From Bacteroidaceae bacterium (GTDB lineage: Bacteria; Bacteroidota; Bacteroidia; Bacteroidales; Bacteroidaceae), in contig JAFSVI010000144.1 of NCBI GenBank assembly GCA_017445145.1, positions 36,992 through 100,991 of the forward strand: DNA of 64,000 bases. Direction: 5' to 3'. The position numbers and the translations under genes are program-made. Shown here one piece after another: positions 31,218-40,141 of this stretch; the stretch's first letter is position 1; each line of letters begins with the position of its first letter. The notes under the pieces were generated by a model that was given only the letters and a program-made list of their open reading frames with translations, had not been told where the DNA came from and ran no database searches.

Positions 31218-34067
31218 ATGCCACGGCCATCATCCTCTACGCCGCCACCCCACCCCATGACACCACTCCACACCCTCCTCAAGCAGCGCGTCCTCGTCCT
31301 CGACGGCGCCATGGGCACCATGCTCATTGCGCGCGGCTACACCCGTGGCTGCAATGACCTGCTGTGTCTCGAAGCACCCGCTGTCGTCGAGGACATCCAC
31401 CGCCGCTACCTCGCTGCCGGTGCCGACATCATCGAAACCAACACGTTCAACGCCCAGCGCATCTCGCTGGCCGACTACGATGCCACCGAGCGCGTGCGCG
31501 ACATCAACCTTGCTGCGGCGCGCATGGCGCGGCGCCTGGCCGACGAGCAGACACGCCTCACACCCTCGCGTCCACGCTTTGTGGCGGGTTCTGTGGGTCC
31601 CACCAGCAAGACACTGTCCATGAGCCCCGACGTGGAGGACCCTGCCCTGCGCACGATCACCTTCGATGCCCTGTGCGATGCCTACGTGGAGCAGATGACA
31701 GCCCTCATCGAAGGGGGCGTGGACGTGCTCCTCATCGAGACCATCTTCGACACGCTCAATGCCAAGGCCGCCCTGTGTGCTGCCACACACGCCATGCACG
31801 CCGTCGGCCGCACGGTGCCCATCATGCTGTCGTTCACCGTCACCGACCGCGCCGGGCGCACGCTCTCGGGCCAGACCATCGACGCCTTCCTCACCTCCGT
31901 GGCCCACGCCGACCTTCTCAGCGTGGGCCTGAACTGCTCGTTTGGCGCCGCCGACATGCTCGCGCCGCTGCGGCAGATGTCGGCCCAGGCACCATATTTC
32001 ATCAGCGCATACCCCAACGCCGGCCTGCCCAACGCCCTCGGCCAGTACGACGAGTCCCCCACCACCATGCTCGCCCACATGCGGCGTTTCACCGACGAGC
32101 GTTTGGTGAACATCATCGGCGGATGCTGCGGCACCACCGACGACCACATACGCCTCCTCGCCACCCTGGCCGACCAGGCGCGCCCCCACGAGCCTGTGGC
32201 CGTGGCGCCCACGCTGCGCCTGGCCGGGCTCGAGCGCTTGGAGCTGACGCCGGAGCTGGCCTTTGTCAACGTTGGCGAGCGCTGCAATGTTGCCGGCTCG
32301 CGCAAGTTCCTGCGCCTCATCCGCGAGCACGACTACGACGCCGCCCTGGCCATAGCCCGCCAGCAGGTGGAGGACGGCGCCCTCGTCATCGACATCAACA
32401 TGGACGACGGGCTGCTCGACGCCGCCAGCGAGATGACCCATTTCCTCGACCTCATCGCCGCCGAACCCGAGATAGCACGCGTGCCGGTGATGATCGACTC
32501 GTCGGAGTGGGGCGTCATCAGCCAGGCACTGCGCCACGTGCAGGGCAAGGCCATCGTCAACAGCATATCGCTCAAGGAAGGCGAAGCCACCTTCATCGCC
32601 CATGCCCGCGAGTTGCGCGCCATGGGAGCCGCCGCCGTGGTGATGGCCTTCGACGAGCAGGGTCAGGCCACGACCTACGAGCGCCGCACGGCGGTGTGCC
32701 GCCGTGCCTACGACCTCCTGACACGCGTCGTGGGCATGCCCGCCGCCGACATCATCTTCGACCCCAACGTGCTCACCGTGGCCACGGGCATGCCCCAGCA
32801 CGATGCCTACGCGCTGGACTTCATCCGCGCCACACGCTGGATCCGCACCCACCTGCCTGGCGCTCACGTCAGCGGCGGCATCTCCAACCTGAGCTTTGCC
32901 TTCCGCGGCAACAACGACTTGCGCGAGGCCATGCACGCCGTGTTCCTCTACCACGCCCGACGCGCAGGGCTTGACATGGCCATCCTCAACCCCGCCACGC
33001 GCGTGGCCTATTCCGACATCCCCGCCCCGCTGCTTGAGGCGCTGGAGGACGTGGTGCTCTGTCGCCGCCCCGACGCCACAGAGCGCCTCATCGCCATGCA
33101 GGCAGCACCCGCCGCCCAGGCCACCACGACGCCACCCACTGTGCCCGGCGCTTTTCCGCCGGGTCTCGGCGCTTTTCCGCCGGGTCTCGGCGCTTTTCCG
33201 CCGGGCCACGACACCGCCGACGCCGCATCCACGCCAGAGGCATCGGTGGCCACGCGCCTCATCACCGCCCTGCGCCGCGGCACCACCGACACCCTCGAGG
33301 CCGACCTCGAGGCCGCGCTGGCCGCCTACCCCAGCCCCGTGGCCATCATCGAGGGTCCGCTCATGGAGGGCATGAACCTCGTTGGGCAGCTCTTCGGCGA
33401 GGGCAAGATGTTCCTGCCGCAGGTGGTGAAGACGGCACGCACCATGAAGCGCGCCGTGGAAATCCTGCAACCCCACATCAACGCAGCGGCCACCGGGCCG
33501 GCAGCGCCGGACACGCCGTCGCCGGCCTCGCGCCCCCGCGTGCTGCTTGCCACGGTCAAGGGCGATGTCCACGACATCGGCAAGAACATCGTCGCCGTGG
33601 TCATGGCATGCAACGGCTACGACGTCATCGACCTCGGCGTGATGGTGCCGGCAGAGACCATCGTGGAGAAAACGCTTGAGCTGCAACCCGACGTCATCGG
33701 TCTCTCAGGCCTCATCACACCATCGTTGGGCGAGATGGTGGCCACGGTGCGCCTCCTTGACCAGGCTGGCATACACGTGCCAGTGCTCATCGGTGGTGCC
33801 ACGACAAGCCCGCTCCACACGGCGCTGAAGATAGCCCCGGCCTACGCCGGACCCGTCATCCATGTGCGCGACGCCAGCCAGAACGTGCCGCTCGCGGCTC
33901 CCTTCCTCAATGCCGCCACGGCCGACGAGGCCGCTGCCGAGCTGCTGCGCCGCCAAGAGACATTGCGCAGCGCCGCCACCACGCCGCCCGGCGCCGAACT
34001 CCTCACGATAGAGGAGGCGAGACGCCGCAAACCCAACTTCTTCCATCACGACAGCAACCAGCCATGA
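31218..34067 (+). CDS. metH: Cobalamin-dependent methionine synthase (Hcy, pterin, cap and B12-binding modules; no AdoMet reactivation module)
   Basis: ..VLVLDGAMGTML..ADIIETNTFNA.., ..NVGERCNVAGSRKF.., ..INMDDGLLD.., ..GISNLSF.., ..VKGDVHDIGKNIV.. (DxHxxG). The start may instead be M14 (31257). The protein ends about 60 aa after the B12 domain. Confidence 0.9.
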   Translation: MPRPSSSTPPPHPMTPLHTLLKQRVLVLDGAMGTMLIARGYTRGCNDLLCLEAPAVVEDIHRRYLAAGADIIETNTFNAQRISLADYDATERVRDINLAAARMARRLADEQTRLTPSRPRFVAGSVGPTSKTLSMSPDVEDPALRTITFDALCDAYVEQMTALIEGGVDVLLIETIFDTLNAKAALCAATHAMHAVGRTVPIMLSFTVTDRAGRTLSGQTIDAFLTSVAHADLLSVGLNCSFGAADMLAPLRQMSAQAPYFISAYPNAGLPNALGQYDESPTTMLAHMRRFTDERLVNIIGGCCGTTDDHIRLLATLADQARPHEPVAVAPTLRLAGLERLELTPELAFVNVGERCNVAGSRKFLRLIREHDYDAALAIARQQVEDGALVIDINMDDGLLDAASEMTHFLDLIAAEPEIARVPVMIDSSEWGVISQALRHVQGKAIVNSISLKEGEATFIAHARELRAMGAAAVVMAFDEQGQATTYERRTAVCRRAYDLLTRVVGMPAADIIFDPNVLTVATGMPQHDAYALDFIRATRWIRTHLPGAHVSGGISNLSFAFRGNNDLREAMHAVFLYHARRAGLDMAILNPATRVAYSDIPAPLLEALEDVVLCRRPDATERLIAMQAAPAAQATTTPPTVPGAFPPGLGAFPPGLGAFPPGHDTADAASTPEASVATRLITALRRGTTDTLEADLEAALAAYPSPVAIIEGPLMEGMNLVGQLFGEGKMFLPQVVKTARTMKRAVEILQPHINAAATGPAAPDTPSPASRPRVLLATVKGDVHDIGKNIVAVVMACNGYDVIDLGVMVPAETIVEKTLELQPDVIGLSGLITPSLGEMVATVRLLDQAGIHVPVLIGGATTSPLHTALKIAPAYAGPVIHVRDASQNVPLAAPFLNAATADEAAAELLRRQETLRSAATTPPGAELLTIEEARRRKPNFFHHDSNQP
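33147..33206. repeat. Three tandem copies of a 21-nt unit ggcgcttttccgccgggtctc, in-frame inside metH
   Basis: Copies lie at 33147, 33168 and 33189 and translate to GAFPPGL GAFPPGL GAFPPG. Each has the hairpin CCGGCG-CTTTTC-CGCCGG. The core matches the cbiA array at 20 of 22 positions. Confidence 0.95.
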
Positions 34068-34594
34068 CACCCGACACCACCCCAGCCACCATGCCCGGCG
34101 CTTTTCTGCCAGATTCCGACGCTGCTGCCGCGCTGCAGCAGACGGCCACCAACATCCTCGACCGCGTGGGCGGCACGCTCGACGCCAACACCATGCCCCT
34201 GCTCACGGCCGACCAGATCACGCTCCTGGCCTACAGCACCCTGCGCGCGGAGGTGCTCGAGGGTGGCTTCATACAGCTCATACACAACGGCTACGGCCCC
34301 TTCATCTTCCTCAACCCCTTTGCCAAGGCCATGCGCCTCTGGGGCAAGGAGCTTGCGCCCGACGCCGCCGGCGAGGTGCTACACTCGTTCTCCCGCCTCG
34401 TCTATGACGGCCGCCAACTCTTCGAGCGCCATGGCGCGGCGCTCACCGCCGAGATGGACGACGACGCCTTCATGGCCCTCTATGAGCAATACCCCGACTT
34501 CGACGAACTCGACGATACCTTCATCGACACGGAGGACGACATCACGGCTGCCGTCATGAGCTACGTCAGCAGCCACCAAGATGCCTTTTCCTGA
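34064..34594 (+). CDS. Hypothetical protein, DUF4375/DMP19-like
   Basis: 176 aa. ..LRAEVLEGGFIQLIHNGYGPFIFLNPFAKAMRLWG... There is an ATGA start/stop overlap with metH. The N-terminal residues MPGAFLPDS are encoded by a copy of the dispersed repeat. The family call is tentative. Confidence 0.5.
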   Translation: MTPDTTPATMPGAFLPDSDAAAALQQTATNILDRVGGTLDANTMPLLTADQITLLAYSTLRAEVLEGGFIQLIHNGYGPFIFLNPFAKAMRLWGKELAPDAAGEVLHSFSRLVYDGRQLFERHGAALTAEMDDDAFMALYEQYPDFDELDDTFIDTEDDITAAVMSYVSSHQDAFS

Positions 34595-34811
34595 TAGCGC
34601 ATCCCCCATTGAGGCGCCACATCATGGCAGCAGCTCCCGTGGATGGCCCACCGTAGCTGCCGTTAAGCGCACGAAGAAGCAGTGGAGCGAGATGACGGGG
34701 ACCTACGTGGCTGGCACGTTGCTCGAGTCACAGAAGCTCTTCATCAGCGGCAACAAGTTCTGGTACTGTGATGTGCCTGTCGAAGCGAAGCGGGGAGATG
34801 CACACTGTTGA
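34581..34811 (+). CDS. Possible small ORF (39-76 aa) of unknown function
   Basis: ORF-track entry. The 3' half (MTGTYVAGTLLESQKLFISGNKFWYCDVPVEAKRGDAHC) has GC3-rich codons like real genes. Its stop lies in the loop of the terminator hairpin. I recognise no homology. Confidence 0.25.
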   Translation: MPFPDSASPIEAPHHGSSSRGWPTVAAVKRTKKQWSEMTGTYVAGTLLESQKLFISGNKFWYCDVPVEAKRGDAHC

Positions 34812-34829
34812 GGCTGTGCATCTCCCCGC
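34790..34829. terminator. Bidirectional terminator hairpin between convergent genes
   Basis: A 15-bp perfect stem pairs gcggggagatgcaca with tgtgcatctccccgc, with a 10-nt loop. Confidence 0.7.
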
Positions 34830-34857
34830 GGCGTTGTGACCCATGGGTCCGTGGTGT

Positions 34858-36357
34858 TCAGGCTTTGAGGGCCTGCCAGTAGGTGAGGATAGGGTGTTTG
34901 GCAGCAAGAACATCATCCACGCGCCCGATGGGCGTGGTGTGTGGTGCTGTCTTGACGAGCTGTGGGTCTTGGCGTGCCTCCTCGGCTATGCGGTGCATGA
35001 TGTCGATGAAGGCGTCGAGTGTCTCGCGGCTCTCGCTCTCGGTGGGTTCTATCATGAGCGCCTCGTGGAAGAGGAGCGGGAAATAGATGGTGGGTGCGTG
35101 GTAGCCGTAGTCGAGGAGGCGCTTGGCGATGTCGAGGGTGGTGACGCCTGTGCTCTTGTCGCGCAGGCCGTCGAACACGCACTCGTGCTTGCATAGCCCG
35201 GCTATGGGGAGCAGGTAGTCGTCGCAGAGGCGTTGCTTGACGTAGTTGGCATTGAGCGTTGCGAGGGGCCCCACATGCTTAATGTTGTCGGCGCCCAGGG
35301 TGAGCATGTAGGCAAAAGCTTTGAGCATCACGCCATAGTTGCCGAAGAAGGCGCCGATGGAACCCAGCGTGGAGTCGTCGGCGAGGTCATCGACCTGGAA
35401 GAAGAGGTCGTCGCTCTCCGGGAGCTTGCAGGCCCTGACGCGCGGCTTGGGCAGACAGGCTTCGAGGCCCAGACGCACGCCCACGGGTCCGCTGCCTGGT
35501 CCGCCGCCGCCATGTGGTGTGGCGAATGTCTTGTGGAGGTTGATGTGGCACACGTCGAAGCCCATGTCGCCGGGGCGGCACTCGCCGAGCAGTGCGTTGA
35601 GGTTGGCACCGTCGTAGTACATGAGTCCGCCGGCTGCGTGCACCATGTCGGCGATGTCGGTGATGCGCGGCTCGAAGATGCCGAGGGTGTTGGGGTTGGT
35701 CATCATCATGCCTGCCACCTGGGGGCCGAGGTCGTCGAGGAGCTGGCGCAAGTGGCCGACATCCACTGTGCCGTCGGGGAGGCTGCGCACCTCCACCACC
35801 TCGAGGCCGCACACGGCGGCAGAGGCGGGGTTGGTGCCGTGGGCAGAGTCGGGGATGAGCATCTTGGTGCGTGACGTCTGGCCCTGTGCCTCGTGGTGGC
35901 GGCGTATGACCATGAGTCCGGTGAGTTCGCCGTGGGCGCCGGCGCAGGGGTTGAGTGTTACCTCCGCCATGCCTGTCAGCTCGGCGAGCATGCGCTGCAG
36001 GTCATAGTATATGGCCAGTGCGCCCTGGCAAGTCTCGACAGGTTGCAGGGGGTGCATGCCGGCTATGGTTTTGTTGGCGGCTATCTCCTCGTCGATGACG
36101 GGGTTGTACTTCATGGTGCACGAGCCTAAAGGATAGAATCCGTCGTTGACACCGAAGTTGTTGTGGCTGAGGTTGGTATAGTGGCGCACGACGGTGAGCT
36201 CGTCGCACTCGGGCAGACGCGGCGCGGCGGCGCGGCGCAGGTGTGGCGGCAGCTCGGAGGTGGTGTGCGCCGGGTTGGCATCGTTGGGCAGCGAGTAGCC
36301 CACGCGTCCGGGTTTCGACAGCTCGAACACGAGCTTTCCATAGAGTGTCTTGTTCAT
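34858..36357 (-). CDS. gcvPB: Glycine dehydrogenase (decarboxylating) subunit 2
   Basis: 499 aa. MNKTLYGKLVFELSKPGR..VVRHYTNLS..YPLGSCTMKYNP..NLHKTF... Confidence 0.9.
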   Translation of the reverse strand: MNKTLYGKLVFELSKPGRVGYSLPNDANPAHTTSELPPHLRRAAAPRLPECDELTVVRHYTNLSHNNFGVNDGFYPLGSCTMKYNPVIDEEIAANKTIAGMHPLQPVETCQGALAIYYDLQRMLAELTGMAEVTLNPCAGAHGELTGLMVIRRHHEAQGQTSRTKMLIPDSAHGTNPASAAVCGLEVVEVRSLPDGTVDVGHLRQLLDDLGPQVAGMMMTNPNTLGIFEPRITDIADMVHAAGGLMYYDGANLNALLGECRPGDMGFDVCHINLHKTFATPHGGGGPGSGPVGVRLGLEACLPKPRVRACKLPESDDLFFQVDDLADDSTLGSIGAFFGNYGVMLKAFAYMLTLGADNIKHVGPLATLNANYVKQRLCDDYLLPIAGLCKHECVFDGLRDKSTGVTTLDIAKRLLDYGYHAPTIYFPLLFHEALMIEPTESESRETLDAFIDIMHRIAEEARQDPQLVKTAPHTTPIGRVDDVLAAKHPILTYWQALKA

Positions 36358-37718
36358 GCCTTGGCCTCCTTTTCCTTTATGTAGTCGTTGATGATGTCCA
36401 CAAGCTCATCGACCTCCTGCGGGGTGCGCTGCTCGGTGGCGCAGAACATGATGGTGGCGCTGTTGACTTTCACGCCGGCGAGGTAGCCGCGCTCGGCGCA
36501 GTAGGAGCGGAGAGCGTCGATGTCGCCGCTGAAATCTACGCAGAACTCGTTGAAGAAGGGCTGCGTGGGATAGGAGAGGCGGAAATGGCCAGTGGCCACG
36601 AGGCGGTCGGCCAGGGTGTGGGCCATGGCGTAGGACAGCTCGCCCACCTGGCGCAGGCCGCTGGGGCCCATGAGCGCGAGATACACGGTGGCGTAGAGGG
36701 CCATGAGGCTCTGGTTGGAGCAGATGTTGGAGGTGGCTTTCTGGCGGCGTATGTGCTGCTCGCGGGCTTGCAGGGTGAGCACGAAGCATCGCTGGCCGCG
36801 GCTGTCGAGCGTCTGCCCCACGATGCGGCCGGGGAGCTTGCGCATGAGCTTGTCGGTGCATGCCATGAAGCCCACGCCCGGCCCGCCAAAGGTCATGGGT
36901 ATGCCCAGGCTCTGGCCCTCGCCCACGGCGATGTCGGCGCCCCACTCGGCGGGTGTGCGCAGTATGCCGAGGTCGGAGGGGTTGGCGTTGATGATGAAGA
37001 GACCCTTCTGTGCGTGGAGGGCGTCGGCCAAGCCGGTGAAGTCCTCGACGATGCCATAGTAGTTGGGCTGCTGCACGACGAGGCCCGCCACGCCGCCCTG
37101 GGCCAGGGCGGCGTCGAGCGCTGCGCGGTCGGTGGTGCCCTCGGCGGTGGCCGGCAGGGTGGTCACGTCGATGCCGTGGTAGTGGGCGTATGTATCGACG
37201 ACGCGGCGCATGCGCGGATCCACGGTGGCACTGACGCACACGCTGCGCGGCCGCTTGGCGTTGTTCCACGCCATCATGACGGCCTCGGCGGTGGCCGTGG
37301 CGCCGTCGTACATGGATGCGTTGCTGATGTCCAAGCCCGTGAGTTCGGCAATCATCGACTGGTATTCGAAGATATAGTGGAGCGTGCCCTGCGAGATCTC
37401 GGCCTGGTAGGGGGTGTAGGAGGTGAGGAACTCGGAGCGGGCGACGATGTTCTGGGCCACGGCGGGCGAGTAGTGGTCGTAGCACCCGGCGCCTGCAAAG
37501 CAGACGAGGCGGCGCGTGTCCCACGAGGTGTCGATGCTGTCGAAGAAACGGCGCAGGTCGCTGTCGGTCCACGCCTCCGGGAAGTCGGCATAGCCGTCGG
37601 ACAGGCGCACGCCCTCGGGCACGTCGGCAAAGAGGTCGGCCAGCGAGGCGGCGCCCACGGTGTGGAGCATCGCCTGCAGGTCGTCGGCGGTGTGGGGGAA
37701 ATACTTGAACGGCTCCAT
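36354..37718 (-). CDS. gcvPA: Glycine dehydrogenase (decarboxylating) subunit 1
   Basis: ORF track 36354..37874, trimmed to MEPFKYFPHTADDLQAML.. (ATG at 37718). Also ..TSYTPYQAEISQGTL.., ..NASMYDGATA... Confidence 0.9.
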   Translation of the reverse strand: MEPFKYFPHTADDLQAMLHTVGAASLADLFADVPEGVRLSDGYADFPEAWTDSDLRRFFDSIDTSWDTRRLVCFAGAGCYDHYSPAVAQNIVARSEFLTSYTPYQAEISQGTLHYIFEYQSMIAELTGLDISNASMYDGATATAEAVMMAWNNAKRPRSVCVSATVDPRMRRVVDTYAHYHGIDVTTLPATAEGTTDRAALDAALAQGGVAGLVVQQPNYYGIVEDFTGLADALHAQKGLFIINANPSDLGILRTPAEWGADIAVGEGQSLGIPMTFGGPGVGFMACTDKLMRKLPGRIVGQTLDSRGQRCFVLTLQAREQHIRRQKATSNICSNQSLMALYATVYLALMGPSGLRQVGELSYAMAHTLADRLVATGHFRLSYPTQPFFNEFCVDFSGDIDALRSYCAERGYLAGVKVNSATIMFCATEQRTPQEVDELVDIINDYIKEKEAKA

Positions 37719-37722
37719 GGTG

Positions 37723-38103
37723 TTATTCAGCACAGTGGGCTTCGTATGCCTTGGCGTCCATGAGTGCGTCGAGCTCGGAGGGGTCGGCGAGCTGCACCTT
37801 GATGATCCATGTGGCGAAGGCGTCCTGGTTGATGAGTTCGGGCTGGTCCTCGAGGGCTTCGTTGACCTCGACAACGGTGCCGCTGACGGGTGCTATGAGG
37901 TCGCTGGCGGCCTTGACGCTCTCCACGGCTCCAAACTCCTCGCCGGCGGTGACTTCGTCATCGACTTCGGGCATATCGACATATACAATGTTGCCCAGTG
38001 CGTGCTGAGCGTAGTCGGAGATACCGACGTAGGCGTAGTCGCCGTCGAGGCGGACATACTCGTGGGACTCGCTGTAGCGCAGTCCTTCTTCAAATTTTGC
38101 CAT
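37723..38103 (-). CDS. gcvH: Glycine cleavage system H protein (lipoyl carrier)
   Basis: MAKFEEGLRYSESHEYVRLDGDYAYVGISDYAQ..ESVKAASD.. (lipoyl-lysine motif). Confidence 0.9.
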   Translation of the reverse strand: MAKFEEGLRYSESHEYVRLDGDYAYVGISDYAQHALGNIVYVDMPEVDDEVTAGEEFGAVESVKAASDLIAPVSGTVVEVNEALEDQPELINQDAFATWIIKVQLADPSELDALMDAKAYEAHCAE

Positions 38104-38134
38104 GATGTGTGTGGGGGGATTGAGGGTGAATGGG

Positions 38135-39289
38135 TTATTTCTTATAGTGCTTGTCGTAGAAGCGCTTCCTGACCACAGTGCCGGGGAAGGTCTTCTTGCG
38201 GATCTGGATGAGCAGCGGCGTGCCCAGTGCTGCGCACTCGCTGCGCACGAGCGCCATGCACACGCTCTTATCGACGCTGATGGCGTGGTAGCCCGTGGTG
38301 ACTTCGCCCACGGTGCTGCCGTCGGGCGTGAGCACGGTGTAGCCGTGGCGGGGTATGGCCTTGCCCTCGAGCTCTATGCCCACGAGCTTGGTGGCCGGGC
38401 CTTCAGCCTTCTGGCGCGCGAGGGCGTCGCGGCCTATGAAGTCCTTGTCGAGCTTGCAGAACATGGCGAGGCCCGCCATGACGGGCGTGATGGTGGGCGA
38501 GAGCTCGTCGCCATAGAGCGGCAGCCCCACCTCGAAGCGCAGCGTGTCGCGGCAGCCGAGGCCGCAGGGCTTGCAGCGGCCGCTGGCGATGAGCTTCTGC
38601 CAGGCCTGGACGATGACGTCGGGGGCGGCATAGATTTCGAAGCCGTCCTCGCCGGTGTAGCCCGTGCGCGAGATGATAAGCCCAACCCCTCCCTGGGGTG
38701 GGATGCTCGTTTTCACTTGTTCACAGCCTGGCAGGTCTCCCCTCCCCTGGGCGGGTGCGGGGGCTGGCAGCTCTTTGGCCTCGTAGAACTTGAGGTCGGC
38801 ACAGGCTATGCCCAGCACTTGCTCCACGACGCTCTCGGCCTCGGGGCCTTGTATGGCGAGCTGGCCGTAGGCGTCGCTCTGGTGGTCGAAGTTGATGTCG
38901 AAGCCCTCGCGCTGCTGCTGCATCCACGCCACATCCTTGTCGATGTTGGCGGCGTTGATGACGAGGAAGAAGTCCTGCTCGCCCATCTTATACACAAGGA
39001 GGTCATCGACACAGCCGCCGTCGGGGTAGAGCATCATGCCGTAGAAAATCTTGCCTATCGGCGCCCCGGCCACGTCGTTGGTGAAGATGTGCTGAACGAA
39101 GCGCTCGGCATCGGCGCCGGTGATGCGCACCTCGCCCATGTGGCTCACGTCGAACACGCCGCATGCCTGGCGCACGGCGTTGTGCTCGTCGGTGATGTTG
39201 GTGTATTGTATGGGCATGTCGAAGCCCGCAAAGGGCGACATCTGGGCACCCAGCTTCAGGTGCTCGGCATGGAGACAGGTTTGTTTCAT
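38135..39289 (-). CDS. gcvT: Aminomethyltransferase (glycine cleavage T protein) with an apparent internal insertion
   Basis: ORF track 38135..39370, trimmed to MKQTCLHAEHLKLGAQMSPFAGFDMPIQY... Also ..VFDVSHMG.., ..SRTGYTGEDGFEI.., ..RDTLRFEVGLPLYG... At 384 aa it is about 20 aa longer than the roughly 360-aa GcvT proteins I recall. Confidence 0.85.
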   Translation of the reverse strand: MKQTCLHAEHLKLGAQMSPFAGFDMPIQYTNITDEHNAVRQACGVFDVSHMGEVRITGADAERFVQHIFTNDVAGAPIGKIFYGMMLYPDGGCVDDLLVYKMGEQDFFLVINAANIDKDVAWMQQQREGFDINFDHQSDAYGQLAIQGPEAESVVEQVLGIACADLKFYEAKELPAPAPAQGRGDLPGCEQVKTSIPPQGGVGLIISRTGYTGEDGFEIYAAPDVIVQAWQKLIASGRCKPCGLGCRDTLRFEVGLPLYGDELSPTITPVMAGLAMFCKLDKDFIGRDALARQKAEGPATKLVGIELEGKAIPRHGYTVLTPDGSTVGEVTTGYHAISVDKSVCMALVRSECAALGTPLLIQIRKKTFPGTVVRKRFYDKHYKK

Positions 39290-39293
39290 TGGG

Positions 39294-40016
39294 TCAGGAT
39301 TGGTTTGTAGGTTGAAGGTTGTGGGGTAGTTGCGGGATGAAGTGGTGCTCCAAGGTTCGTATGGCAGCAAGGTCGCTGTCAGTGAGTTGCAGCTCGTCGG
39401 TACATAGACGCTTGCGGGCCATGGCGATGAACTGGCGGGGCGTGGTGGCGGTGTGGTGGCTGAGCAGGCCTATGCGCTGGCTCACACTGGCCACGCCGTG
39501 GCGCCCGAGCTTGGAGGGTGGCGGCGTGATGGCGCGCTGCATGTGGTGCATGTCGGCATCGAAGAGCATGGTGGAGTGCACCACACTGTGGCCCGAGGGC
39601 GTGAGGTGGTAGGCTGTGCCGGCCACCTTGTGGGCGCCCACGAGTATGTCGTTGCGGCCGGTGTGTGTGGCCTCCACGACCATCTCGCGGAGCAGCAGCA
39701 GCAGCATCTCCACGAAGCGGTGGTAGGTGAACGCCACCTGGTCGGAGGGGGTGATGAAGGTGAGCATGACGTTGCCGCGGTCGGCATAGACACAACCGCC
39801 GCCGCTCTTGCGGCGAAACACGCCGATGCCATGGGCCGCACAGTAGGCGAGATCCACTTCTGCGGCGATGTCCTGGTTGCGCCCGCAGATGACGCTGGGT
39901 CCCACCTGCCACATCATCCAGCAGTCGGCAGCGGGGCGCAGCGTTGCCGAAACATACTCCTCAGCCGCAAGATAGAAGCTGAGGCGCTGGCCGTCGGGGA
40001 GTGGGATGAAGCGCAT
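39294..40016 (-). CDS. lplA: Lipoate--protein ligase family protein (BPL/LplA/LipB catalytic domain)
   Basis: ORF track 39294..40088, trimmed to MRFIPLPDGQRLSFYLAAEEYV..VICGRNQD..RRKSGGGCVYAD..KVAGTAY... It lies 4 nt upstream of gcvT. Confidence 0.7.
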   Translation of the reverse strand: MRFIPLPDGQRLSFYLAAEEYVSATLRPAADCWMMWQVGPSVICGRNQDIAAEVDLAYCAAHGIGVFRRKSGGGCVYADRGNVMLTFITPSDQVAFTYHRFVEMLLLLLREMVVEATHTGRNDILVGAHKVAGTAYHLTPSGHSVVHSTMLFDADMHHMQRAITPPPSKLGRHGVASVSQRIGLLSHHTATTPRQFIAMARKRLCTDELQLTDSDLAAIRTLEHHFIPQLPHNLQPTNQS

Positions 40017-40046
40017 GTGTGGGCGTTGATGGGGGGTAATGCGGGG

Positions 40047-40054
40047 CAAAGATA
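40047..40054 (-). promoter_or_regulatory. -7 promoter box TATCTTTG (minus strand)
   Basis: The plus strand reads caaagata. The box is 31 nt upstream of the lplA ATG. Confidence 0.55.
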
Positions 40055-40141
40055 CGCATTGCCCGCATACTTTCCAAACTTGTGCCATGTTTTAACCTTT
40101 TTTGGGTCACGGCTCATGCCGTTTTGCCCCGCGCGGGGCGA

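Noticed and set aside
31230-33686. An 818-aa minus-strand ORF
   Set aside because: It is antisense to metH, which has unmistakable conserved motifs. This is a typical long antisense open frame of high-GC DNA, with Gly/Arg/Val/His-rich low-complexity translation.
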